A stretch of 64,000 nt of DNA from Botryllus schlosseri (lineage: Eukaryota). The notes under the pieces are model-generated. The model made no database searches. It was not told the origin of the DNA and saw nothing but the letters and a program-made list of their open reading frames with translations. Positions 24,830-37,314 of this stretch are shown piece by piece. The stretch spans positions 620,001-684,000 of the forward strand of contig CM119378.1 of the NCBI GenBank assembly GCA_051294905.1, given 5' to 3'. Each line of letters starts with the position of its first letter. The first letter of the stretch is position 1. Both the position numbers and the translations under genes were made by a program.

Positions 24830-25210
24830 AAATGACGCGAAATCTGTCGTTGTAGTGTACGAATATAAGTGCCACTGTGATTGTGGCTACGTGGGAAGAA
24901 TGTCAAAGCGTTTGCAGGAACGTATAAACCAGCATGTCCCCAGATTTATCAGAACACGTGCATCAGGCTCCGCGTAAAGCTCACCCTTAACCCATCTACT
25001 CAAGCTTGATGCTGAGCTATCAAAGCCATTAATTCTGCAATCGGCAAACACCTGTTGGCTAATTCGATTTGTGTGAATAATTATCGAGACGAGAGATTCG
25101 CGTCATTGAGAGGGGTCGTTCACTCTTCCATTTGTGTGCCTTCGAGTCGACTTTTATCAAAATACACCAGCCGAAACTCTGTCCACAGAAGGAGTTCGTG
25201 TGCCTACATA
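24830..25210 (+). mobile_element. Penelope-like element remnant (GIY-YIG endonuclease)
   Basis: VVYEYKCHCDCGYVGRMSKRLQERINQHVP, followed after stops/frameshifts by SAIGKHL and ESTFIKIHQPKLCPQKEFV; this is the CxC-containing GIY-YIG pattern of Penelope ORF C-termini. Confidence 0.8.
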
Positions 25211-26487
25211 CAAGCTATCTGGTTCAGTTAACGACTTGTTTCTTATCACACTAGCACTCTTCACACGCACGCTACGTAAGAAGCTATTACATATCCACAA
25301 TTGAAACTATAGGTATGAGCGGAAATACAGATACATCATAGCGTTATTGTTCTGCACTACCTATTGGCCGTCACACCTGCACGTTTCCTTAGGTACACTG
25401 TCGGTTTATGAAGTCGATAGCGCACTGTTTCACTCCTCTGCGATTGTCGGATTGCTAGCCAACAATCGGCGAGGCAAATTTATCTATGCCTCACCCAGTT
25501 ATTATTTTTCTGTGCCGTCATTGTGCGTCACAAAACCGAATTTTCAATCCATCAGCATTTTGCTAGGGTTCTGGTGCTCTGATATCGATAATACTTGGAT
25601 TTTTGAATCAATGCGACAATAGCATTCGATATCAGTTATTATAAATGCTAAGCTGTTTATGATGAATTGCGCTGCTAATCACATTCGAGGCATGTAGATT
25701 CTGTGCCTCGTCTTATCCTTTCGCGCTACATTTTTGAACAATGAATATACAAATATACAAAAATGTAGAAAATGAGTCCCGAACATCGATAAAAATCACC
25801 AACAATTACTGAAGGTTTTCACAATTACAATTTACTCATCCTGACCACAAGTGAGGCTCTGCCTGACTTGCCTCCCCTAACCGCACGTCACTCTTTGGAG
25901 AGAACGCAGTTAAAAGTTGAAAAAAATCACGTTTTTTGTCTCTTTAATTGAAACGTGTGGGTTACTGGTTACCCATTAGTGAGTGTATTAGCTGCAACTG
26001 CTGCAATCCCTTTTCAACGGTGAACATTCCTGTTTTGAAGACAGGTCCTTAAAAAGAGGTTTGAAGCCGGTCCTCAGAAAAATAATAACGCCGACTCCTT
26101 GCGTCGCGTGCCTGGAGATGCCATCAAACTAGTTCAATTATGTCGCCACTTTAAAACCACCATTTACGACGAAAAACACTGATCTCGCGATTTTAACGCC
26201 TCTGATTTTTTCGGCATTCCACTTCGCGGAGTCAGAAGTCGGTCGATAATGTGTCGAGTTGAGTAGTGAGAGACGTTTTTTCGACTACTGAAATATGATA
26301 CACGCCGCAAATAGTTGATTTATCAATTACAATCATAGTTTCGATAATGGAAGGCTGTAAACATCTATTGGTCGTATCGCAGCATACGGAACAGGTGGTA
26401 CAGAGCCACGCACTTTACCATAAATGGGATTTATAGCAAGTCGTGATCAAAATCCACAGCATTGTGAAATAGTTTAATGATATAAGA

Positions 26488-26600
26488 ACGGCCAAATAAC
26501 ACAAAATATTCTTATAAGTGCCAGCTACACGGGCGGTCCGAGTTCGATTCCGCGTCGGAGGTTTATCTGGGCTCCTCTTCCCGCGTCGCTGTTCATACGG
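26488..26600 (+). repeat. Possible degenerate tRNA-derived SINE head
   Basis: B-box-like GAGTTCGATTC at ~26540 within a tRNA-length segment; A-box and cloverleaf are not convincing. Confidence 0.3.
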
Positions 26601-29484
26601 CGACAAAAATGCGCAGAAAAAGTTCCGACGAAAGAACGAACTCACAAGGAATGGAAAGAGCAGGAAAAAGCCGAGGAATAGAGATTAACATCGAAAAGGA
26701 GCTGTGACATTGGGCACTAGGTCGAGGTGGATGCCATTTTAAGAGACGGCAACTGGTCGCTCGGCATCCTCCTATCTGTTCATTATATCGCATTGTTCAC
26801 TGTATGTGTTTTTATCAGATGAAAATATATCATCTGACGATAATAGATCATTTGATGTAATGTACAATTGGCATTTTATTCTACGCGGTAGCACAAAAAA
26901 GATACATATCAGAACTTTTTACTCATGGGCCATGGCGTTATAATGAGCGATACTCGAATACTGGACTCGATTCGGAAACGAATCCAAACGAAGTCCAACT
27001 CGAGAACCTTCTGGTTCCTTCGCATCTCCATCGTCCAGAGGTCACGATCCAAAATGAATGGCAAAGAGAAAATGGGGGAATCTAACAATAATATGTGCCC
27101 ACTGCTTGATAATTACGACTTGATCTATTGCTAACCCGCCCCGTTTATTGCTTCAGTCAACAGACGCCCGACAGAGTCACCAAATCGCTTGATTGTATCA
27201 ACAAAGTAGGAGTAAGCTCACGCCCTGCCTAAATGACGTCTCATCGCAACCGAAACAAGAGCAGTTCGCAATCGGTGAATGCACGGAAATCGCTAAAAGC
27301 ATTCTGCAGCTGCTCAGGCATCGTTCCCACAAGAAAACTTTGTACTTGTTCAAGACGCAACCAGACAAGGAGCGAAACGAAGGCGCTCATGCGTGACGCG
27401 TGATTCATAACCAACACGTTTCCGTTCATCCCGTTTATTCCCAGAACTCGCACCTGATCGCTTGTGGCGCGTAACGGGTTAATGTTATCTTCGCGGATGA
27501 CTCGTTCGGGGCTGGAAGCATTTCACGTTTCCTGGTATGATGTCACAAGGCGCGGTTTTACCAAAACATGCGACACGAATGCGGCTTCAAATGCGGTCTA
27601 GACCAGTGCTTCGGTAGGTGTGAGACGTATTGTTAAGTTGCTTTCAGTACAATGGCGTTTTCCGGTGAAAACACTATGCTACGTCATCGCCATCTAAGAT
27701 GCAGGCAGTTTAAAGGTGGGTAGACAATCAGAGCTGAGTCGGGTGTGTCTGAGAACCGTATATCATTTCGCGGAGTTCATCAACAGATAGACCGAAGATC
27801 TGCATCAAGTCGCTATGACTTTTGCGTAGATTTATTGACGGCAGGCAACAGGGAGCTCCAAACATCACGTTGAGTTGAGTAGGCCTATATTGTTGATGAT
27901 TTTATCATTTCAATACACCGCAACATCGCGATACAATAAAATGACAGGACGGCTCTGAGTCGTCTTTGAAATCGGACGCCAAGGGGTGGCCAATCCAAAA
28001 CGGGTCGCGGGCCACATTTCAAATTTACTAGAGGCCGCGGGCCGCAAGAATGCAATATCGAGGTGAAATGAGGCACACTTTCAGCAACCACGTTTTTAAA
28101 TCTTCACGCCAGTACAACGGTGTGCTCCATAACAACATGGGCGACGGGCATAGTTCCAACCAAAGAAGTAATATTTTATTAAAGAAATACAAACTCCACA
28201 AAAAGATCATCATCATCAATTTCATTTTATTTTGAACTATGAGCTGCGCACGATACCTGACAACGGGTTTCAGCGAAGGAATCGATATTAGGTCTAGTGC
28301 ACGGTACTGGCTGAAATACTATCCACTCGTAAACTTGATCTTGTGGGAAGCCCTAAAGCCGTATTTCCAAGCGTCTCGGTCTTGGCAGTGTCTGGGCCAT
28401 TGCACGCCAAGGCAATGTGCCCATGCCCATTCATATCAGCTGATTCTTACTGTATGGAATCCTGTTGCCATCGCCGAAGCCGGTTCAGCTGGGGCGGAAT
28501 AGTGACGTTGGGCACAGGAAAAGAGGTTATTTTGAAAGTGAAATCAATTTCAGCATTTCAAAATGCTTTACTTATAGCGTTCTATCGAAATCTAAAATCA
28601 GATGTAAAGAACAGGCACAGGCCTACGCAGTATATTACACTCACAAACACACGCATGTCATGTAGCTGCATCTAAACGCGAAAATTGGCCTCCGTATTAA
28701 ATTTGACCAACACGACGACGAAACAGGATGGCGTGAGCTCATAGACGAAAGTCACCCTCGTACGCATAAATTTTTGACACCGTTATTGCGACGCCATGTG
28801 TTTTCAGTACGTCACAATTGGCAACTGTCTACAAAACTTTTGCCTCCTAAATTTTCATCTGTGCAACACCAGTGCACATGAACACTGCAACGCGTGCTAT
28901 TTACACCTGTATCATGGTATATTTGAATCAACTGACGAGTTTGTGAACATTGCGATGTTGAAAGCTTTGCTTGCTGTTAGAACTAGATATAAAGATTAGA
29001 GCTCACTACTATTGGAGGAGTGTCCCACTGTGACATTGCTCAACACAAATCGGGCGTGCAACAGCTGTTTCGAGTTTAAGAGCCATGACGTAATTCAGAT
29101 CGCTGCCAGACTTAGCAAATCTGCATCTGCATGTCATTCAGCGAATGCGTCAAATACTCACAATGAACAGATAGCTTTTCGGAGAGACTTTGTTAGTTGA
29201 ATTTTGACGTGTCATGGAACATAGGGTCGTGTACGCTGTGTCCGAAACCTAAAGGTCGATTGCAGCTTAATTTGAGCCCGATGAGTAGCACACATGTGTT
29301 TGTGTTTTCTACCGTGTTAGTTCTGGTTAAACGTCCAAGTTAGGAAATCCTTATGACTACACTTTGGCAGCGCACTCGTCAGCATTCTTATTAGTTGTTG
29401 CAATTTCCTTGTATATGATTTAATAAACGCGATCGGGGATGGTTGGAAAGAATGACACGACGACATGAAGAACGCGACATATTA

Positions 29485-30555
29485 AGCGTGTATTCAGCAT
29501 CTTCGACGGCAGAGCTGGATGCCCTGACTGGTGACCAAATGCCCAAAGTCCATGAGTGGACGGCCCAGAACAACCTCTGCATAAACGCCTCGAAATCGCA
29601 ATTGCTGACAGTAAATTCAAAAAATAACCTAACCGTTAATATCGCTGGTCAGCCCGTTTCCAACACAGATAATGCCAAATATCTCGGGGTTTTACTGGAC
29701 TCGAACATGTCCTGGAAGAGTCATATTCAGTCCCTAGAAACTAAATTATCACCGAAGTGCGGCCTGTTCTACAGCCTTAGGCGCTTCATGCCAGCATGGG
29801 TTCTTCTGATACTCTTTAAATCCTTAATCCAATCGAAGTTACACTATGGCATCCTCTGTTGGGGGGCTGCCAGTAAAACTGCACTCAAGCCACTGCAAAA
29901 ACTACAACATAAAGTACTCCGAATCATAGCTAGGGCCCCAAAGGGGCCTGGTTGCCCATCCAACAAGTCGCTGCTGAAGAGATTCGGCGTCCTAAACATA
30001 GAAGATATGCGGAAACTAGAAATCGCCAAGTTTATGTATCAGTTCCACTGCGGTCGTTGCCCCGAATATTTCAATGACTTCTTTACCTCGGAATCAAAAG
30101 CGCACAAGTACAACACACGCGCGTCCACGTCGTCCAAATATCATATGATCGACCGAAAAGATCATCGCTCTATCAAATATGCCGGACCTGATGTGTGGAA
30201 CAGTATCCCGCCGGCCATCCGACAGTCGACGAGCATGTCCACATTCAAGTCGAAATACAAGCAATTACTACTAAATAAATACAGTCCATCCTCTAGATTA
30301 CCGGACCACGACTGACCTATCGATCTCGCTTCCCATGACATGCCGCCCTATTTATTGTCGCTTTCTTTTTCTATACTATCTTCTTTACTTTCATTCAGTG
30401 TGCATGCCTCCTCTTTACATCGCCTAGGCCAAGGTGGGTGTCAGATTCCATAGACTGCTCCTTGTCGCTTCGACACCTTCCTGTCTTTTCATTGTATCGC
30501 ATTTTTTGGTGGTGTATTGAACTGATAAAATTGCTAATACACCAATGATGATGAT
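29485..30555 (+). mobile_element. 5'-truncated non-LTR retrotransposon (CR1/L2-group LINE): RT C-terminus, 3' UTR, (GAT)n tail
   Basis: ORF 29443-30315 has W...NNLCINASKS, KYLGVLLDSNMSWKSHI, LHYGILCWG and HKYNTR motifs typical of the CR1/L2-group ORF2 end; it begins downstream of where YADD would be. Confidence 0.92.
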
Positions 30556-31627
30556 TAGCTGCCGGTTAGCAAAACCCATAAACGAAGGCAGCCGACTTAG
30601 AGCTGGCAATATCATTAATTGGCAATCCCAACAAAATAGGTGAATTGATGTGCTACGAACATATGGCAATGTTTCTGGATGATATCCGGATTCTGAAAGG
30701 AAGCAATTTGTAGCTTTTGTATCCTCTGCTGCTTTTCACATCTGTCCGATTGTTGTATCTATGATTCGAGCTACTTCCTCGTTTACCTATCATGTGTCAC
30801 AGTAGTCAGTAGTCACACTATAGATAACTAACCTATACGGATAGATGCGAAACAAGTGACTGCACAGTACACAGTTAGGAATACGCATTGTTGCGACCAA
30901 TAGGGCACTGTTTTAGCCATTGTTGCTTTGGTTCATTTTGAGGTTGCAGTCAGGACTTTGAAGCTCATCGTGAAATTCCAATGGAGCTGTCGCCAGACGT
31001 TTGAAGCATAGTTCTGGCACCGATGTATATAATGAGATACTTTGCTTCCACTATTACCTGAATTGACATAATGTAACAGCCAACCTTCAAAAAATTAAGA
31101 TATATGATACCTTTTCAAATTAACAACGTTGCTGGTGCAGAGCAGTCACGTGTCCATTGTCCATAACTGCATCCGATGAGGGACCTTTTTGTTAGTTTTT
31201 GAATTGACTTGATGCAGTCGGAACTGCCCCCCCCCCCCCTCAGCAGCGGTATCAATGAGCTCCGGAGCTGGAGCAATTTGATATTTACGTCTACCCTAAA
31301 GCCCTGGTTGCTCTGACCAGATTTAACTTGTGAAAGTTTTCGCTCAAGGCCGAATTTAATAAATTTTGCGCCACTGTCGCAAGCTACAACATTAGGCTAC
31401 TATATTTGTTTACAACGCTACCAGAAATTGTTTACGCTATCTAGTTGCCTAAACCCGTAGTCACGTGTTTCGCTCTATCCGCAGGATAGTTATCAATAGC
31501 GTCGCACATCGTGCAGTCAAGAAGCGACAACCAAAACTTGCGGTTCTGTTTATTCAGGAGCTGTACGTATTCCCCTATTAAGCCATACCGTAGATTTAGT
31601 CTTGGAGTCACGCAAGCCACAAAAGTC

Positions 31628-34349
31628 ATGGCCGACGATCAAGTCGAGATGGAAGACATCGCCGCTGACAAGCAGGCTGATGACGCCCCGGAGTCAGGAG
31701 AAAAGCCGGCTGAGAGCCCCGAGAAGGCGACTGAGAGTCCTAAAAAATCGCCTGAAAAATCGGAAGCCGGCGATAGAGAAGAGAATTCCACAAAAGAGGT
31801 TCGAACTCTTTTCCGATGAATAACACAGTTCGTCTTCTGTGATATGTTGGCAAGATGCGGAGCATGTTTTTTCTTCGAATTTTACTCGCCAGTCGAAGAA
31901 ATTGTTTACTAAAAAACGCCGCAAATCAAACTTGGCTCAATGTCAACCCGTAGAAAGGAATCTATATTAGAGTAGAAAATTAAGGACATCAATCGACTCT
32001 GCTGACACTGCTTTTTTCATAGTTTTGTCTCATGATGAGTTATCGCCATCAAGCACAAGCAAATTTAAAATTATCATTAGCAATTTTTGAATGCAGTGTG
32101 TGATCAGACCAGTCGACCTTTTCTAGAATCATATCGACCCCTTCATACTCTAATGTGGTTGTGGTGTTGGCAGGCTTGTAATGACTCGACTCGTGTCGCA
32201 ATTTTTTGGTGACTCGACATGACTCGAGTCATTTTCTTAAAAATGAGAAATGACTCGACTCGAGTCAATTTGTGTATTCACTCGACTTGTATTCGAGTCA
32301 TTGCGCATGACTCGGACCAAGTCATATGACTCGAGACTGGGTCTACCAAGACAGGCATTCCATAGTAATTTCGAGGAACAGTAAAGTTATTACTCTATTA
32401 ATTTTTCGTCTATCAGTACTGGTGCTTGAAAATGCTACCAGAAACTGTTAAAAGTGAGGAAAATTAGTTTATTATGACCGCGAAGCATTCGATATCACTG
32501 AGCAGAGCTATAAAAAGTGGGTTTCACATGACATTATCTCGGAACTGAAAAGTCAACAGAATAACTTGGATTCGGACTCGAGTCAAAACACTATGACTCG
32601 GACTCGACGCTCTACTCCGTGACTTGGAATCGACTCGGGGGTGAATTGAAAATGACTCGACTTGACTCGAGTCAAAACTATGAAAGCGAGATTGACTTGT
32701 GACTCGGAGCCTTGTGACTTGGTTACAACCCTGGGTGTTGGTAATCATTGTTTAATTTAATTTAATTTATAATTAATATTACTTTGCATTATATTGCAGC
32801 CACAGTCATGGGCCTGGTCATTCCTGATATGTCGAGATGCCGTTAAGTTGTATGTCTCTGTAATGTATAAGTAGTATTGGACTCAGCGTATGCTATACGA
32901 AGTTCTTATTTAACATACGGTCTAAAACTAAGTCAGGAAAGTGTTTCTTTTTTCGCTTAGACAAGATAGATTATTTCGTCGACATCGATCGAACGACTTG
33001 TGATTAACAGGAGGAAGAGAAGCAAGGCAAAGAAGAGGAAAAAGAAAAGGATGGCGAGGCAGCAGGCAACGACGAGGAGGTGAAGGAAATACTTTTGTGC
33101 GACTGAAAGAAATTTTACGGTTGTCTTCATTTCACAGGAACAACAAGATAACGAGTCGGACGCCGAACAGGCCGACAACGAACAAGCGGACGAAGACGAC
33201 GACAAAGACGAAGGCCAAGACGAAGACAAGGCTTCTGGGAAATCGAACGATGAAGCAGCCGGTAAGAATCGCGTTTTATCGCCTGCCCTTCAATTACTCT
33301 ACATTCAGTGTCCATGCCTTCTCCTTACACGTTCTAGGCCCAGGTGGGTCTCTGATTTAGAAGAATACTCCAAGTCGTTTCAATTCCTTCCTATCTTGTC
33401 ATTGTATCGCAGTCTTGTTTTTTGAAATGATGATATTATTCATAAACTGATAGCCCACTTATTATCCTCCGTCAGTGTCTTCCTGATTACCTTCTATTCC
33501 AGTGGCAATCGCGATGCCTCCTCAGTCGATCGGGCCAGGGCCTAGCACAGGCTGCAAGCCTTGGTTTGAACGGAATAAGCTGGAAATCATCGTGATATCG
33601 CTCATCATCGTTCTAGTCATCGTGATCGCGGCTCTGCTAGCGACAACACTCGGTAAGTTTCGGATCTTATCGGAGTCATCTCCGAAATTACAAATTAAAA
33701 TCGGACCAGGGCAATGCAGCCACCCCGAAATAGCCCTTGAAGTCTGAAAACCGGCGTTTATCCGAACAATCAGATCATATTTTCGTCTTTACAAAGTGAA
33801 AATGCGGATATATTGCTGCCGTCGTCGATACTTTCCTAATTATACCTCAACAATTTGTAGGAGATTGCAATTAAGGGATTCTTCAGGATTGCACTTTCAT
33901 GCACAGGAAGCATAGAAACCTGTCCTGTTTCAGAAGAGCTTGATCCAAAGAGAATTCAAATTTTGTTTCAATTCTTGATTCCAGGCCGAGTCTCGAATAG
34001 CGATGCTTCAACCGCGACAACCACGCAGTCAACTGCTACGACTTCTGTCGAAACCGAAACGACGACCTTTGACCTTTCTACTGTAACCACGGCAACAACA
34101 ACAACAACGACGACTGAGCCTACAACCACAATGATGGCAACAAGTAGCACTGAAGCAACAACAACAACTGCCTCTGATATCACGTCGACCGCTGTCAATA
34201 TGACCTCCCCAGACACAGCTGCCGAAGTGACATCACTGAGCACCAACACCACTTCAGCAGGAGGAGTACCATCTCCGTCGACGAGTTCTGGATTGAATTC
34301 AACCATTCAACAAACCACCCAGAACATGACAACACCCAATGCTACGTAG
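31628..34349 (+). CDS. Type II single-pass membrane mucin-like protein B (292 aa)
   Basis: Exons 31628-31798, 33011-33079, 33138-33261, 33503-33652, 33985-34349; all GT-AG, phases 0,0,1,1; total 879 nt. Very acidic N-terminus (MADDQVEMED...EDDDKDEGQDED), TM IIVISLIIVLVIVIAALLATTLG, Thr/Ser-rich C-terminus with N-glycan sequons (NMT, NTT, NST, NAT); no signal peptide. Confidence 0.85.
32171..32733. mobile_element. MITE rich in GACTCGAGTC motifs
   Basis: TIR CAGG(C/G)TTGTAA/TTACAACCCTG; perfect TSD GGTGTTGG; other copies at ~34560-35116 (inverted), ~54605-55076, ~56835-56955 (partial) and 61495-61981. Confidence 0.9.
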
Positions 34350-37314
34350 ATCGGATGCTCAATTGGAGCCCTGCACAAAATTTTGATGGTTCCATGCATT
34401 CGTTGAAACCGTCGTCTCCTGACAGCGTACTGGTTCCGAACACTATGGATAACTTATATGCAATCTTACTATGTTCTCATTCGCAAAGCACTTCCCACGG
34501 TTATATACAACATTATACTTATTTCTATGCATCGGTCGCGCTTTCGGACAGACTTGATAGCTTGGCTACAATATGCCGAGTCACAAATCAATTCAACTTT
34601 TATAGTTTTGACTCGAGTCGAGTGGAGTCGTTTTCAATTCGCCCCAGAGTCGATACCGAGTCCAAGTCAGGGTTTAAAGGTTCGAGTCCGAGTCACAGCG
34701 CTTTGACTTGAGTTCAAGTTATTATGCCCACTGTTCAGTTTCGAGTTCAATCCTACTTAGCTCACCCATTTAAAATTCTGTTTGGGGGATATTGAATGCC
34801 TCGCATTCATAATATACTCATTTTGCCCACTTTAGACAGTTTCTGGCCCTAGTTTACAAACACCAGTACGGATAGACGAAATGCGAATAATATAATAGCT
34901 GGCTATTCTTCGAATAAACATAGAAATGCCTGTATTGGTCGTCCGAGTCTTGAGTGACTTGGACAAGTCAAACGCAATGACTCGAGTAGCATACTAGTCG
35001 AGTCGATACACAAATTGCCTCATGTCGATTCGAGTCGTTTTCCATTATTTAGAAAATGACTCGATTGAGGTCAAGTCACCAAACATGGCGACTCGAGTCG
35101 ATTCAATACAACCCTGTTACTGGGTTTTCAAAACGAGCAACTATATAGAACTAGAGCGATATTCACTTTATAAAGTCTGCAACTAGATCTAGAGCTACAA
35201 CCTCTAAAAAGCAGCAGTTGACCGTCAGATAACTAGATTGGTAGCCTGCACAAGCCTTTTCAGACCATTTCGTATGCATGATGTAGACTGGTTTGAAACT
35301 GAGGTTCAATTTCAGTTGACTTTCAAATCACTTCGTTCTTGTTGTCGTGACCGAAAACTTATTTGTATCGATCTCTAACCAAGGAATTCGTCGTTCGTTG
35401 ACGTGCCGCAATAAATGCCCTTACGAAGTACGGCTGTGGGTAAAACGAAGCGAAAATGAGAAGTGTGTCTCTTGATGAACAGCTTCGAGAAGTGAATTAA
35501 CTCGTTCAAGGGATGTTCAGTCGATCTGAAATACAGTGCTATTGAGGTATACCAATTATTATCGGTTCGCTGATAATATCAAAACGATATCCCATTTCGA
35601 AAGAATATAGGTATCAGCCATTGAAGTTTAAAAAAATGTCGACAATTTTTGCAACGTCATAGCATGGTAGTAGCAGTAGGGAGTCAGAGAACAATATATA
35701 ATATGCGACTGATAGACTGGGACCATTGATCTATGTTTCATGGATTACAGATTACATGGATACAGGTGATGCAGCATTTCTAATTCGTCGCATCTTCATG
35801 CATAGCAATGGCTGTGACGCTGTTCAATTAAATTCTCTGAAGCTTAGATAGTGAGCGTTGAGCCAGATGCCATATCTTCTGAATATCGGCTGAGTATATC
35901 ACGGGGTTGTCGACGGAGATGTTGACGGCTTTATCGGCATCAGCTCAGAATTCCGATGCCGGTCTGGATATAGCTATCGGCGGTTCTTTTTGTTATCCAC
36001 TCTAGCCCGGAGTTGTTCAAAGTATTTATCATTGTACTCAAGTTGAAGTAGCGTCGTCAATTTTAATTCAGGTAGAAGTAGTGATTTAGAAGTAAGTATA
36101 ATGTATTCTAAGCGCCTAGTTTCGCCCAAGAACCGAAGGCTGTCAAGTACAAGTAGAATTAGTATAAAATCATAACCACTTGGGGAAGTATTCCTAGTAG
36201 CCAAAATCTACTTGAAGTAGTTCGAAAAGTAGAAATACTTCGTTACTGACCACCTCTGCTCTAGACACACAGTGTACTATGCGATACATAAGACGCAGTG
36301 TGATGCAATCAACAGACAGGAAGATATCGAAAAAACTATTTACTGTCTCTTTAATCTGACATCTAGTATCCTAGCAAACGACACAATAGTGCTCGTTAAG
36401 GGGTCCTTCTTTGATATATTTTTTAAAGACGCAGTAAGAACAACTACATAAAACAGGACTTCTTGGCGGAATCTCGGTCGACAAGAAGTCGACCTTTTCA
36501 TGGCAATCGATTCGAGAGTGCCTGCGAGATATTTCATGCCCGGGGGCGGTGCTGTCAAGTCGGTGAACTAGTCTGGCAAGTCGGCGACGCAGCGAACAAT
36601 TCTTGATCACTTTACGGCCGATTTAGATACGTGATGAGCCGTTTTCATGCGATTGTGTTGGACAGATATCTGTATTAGCTGAAAGTTGAAGTGATGATGT
36701 GGACTAACACAAACTTGCTCATTTTTCGTATCAGTAGATAAAAACGTAGTTCCAAGCTTTGATCGCACAAAACAATATAGTTACGTTTCGTGATAAGGCT
36801 GTTGCTGAGGAATCAGGGCTGAGCAAAATCAAGTATCTGAGTGATTCGATTCTGAATTGACTAGTAGCATTCGAGTCAAATATTCGAGTATCACAGATTA
36901 TCATGTCATAGCAGTGTGAAAGATGTGCAAATTTCAAATATGCACCTTCTATGCTACAACAAATAATATAATGCCAGTTTACCATTACATTATTTGGTAT
37001 TTTTTCGACTATGCCTATTTCATCTCACTCTGTGACAATGCTGTGGGTTGAACACGACTTGACGGTTATGTCACGAAAGTTCCTATACTGCATGTTTCAT
37101 GTGCTGCAATACGGCCGATCGGGGTTTACAGCCTTCCACAGCGGAAAATAGTAACGAAACTATAATTCTCGTTGATAACTCAACTGCTTTGGTGACGATG
37201 AACGTTAGGAATTCGCTGCAGAGCGATTGGTTGACTTTCGATTCAACATGATGCGTTCCTTCCTCCAACATAATGAAAAACATCCGGGTTACAGTTCGTA
37301 GCCTAACCAGCATC

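Noticed and set aside
26488..26600. tRNA gene
   Set aside because: Only a B-box-like motif; no foldable cloverleaf or T-run terminator.
25600..29400. Possible additional gene between the two mucin genes
   Set aside because: Only short ORFs without recognisable domains or a consistent splice chain; partly MITE-derived.
32171..32733. Recurrent palindromic GACTCGAGTC units resembling a CRISPR or operator array
   Set aside because: Irregular spacing, bounded by TIRs and an 8-bp TSD, multiple dispersed copies, eukaryotic context: MITE subterminal motifs.
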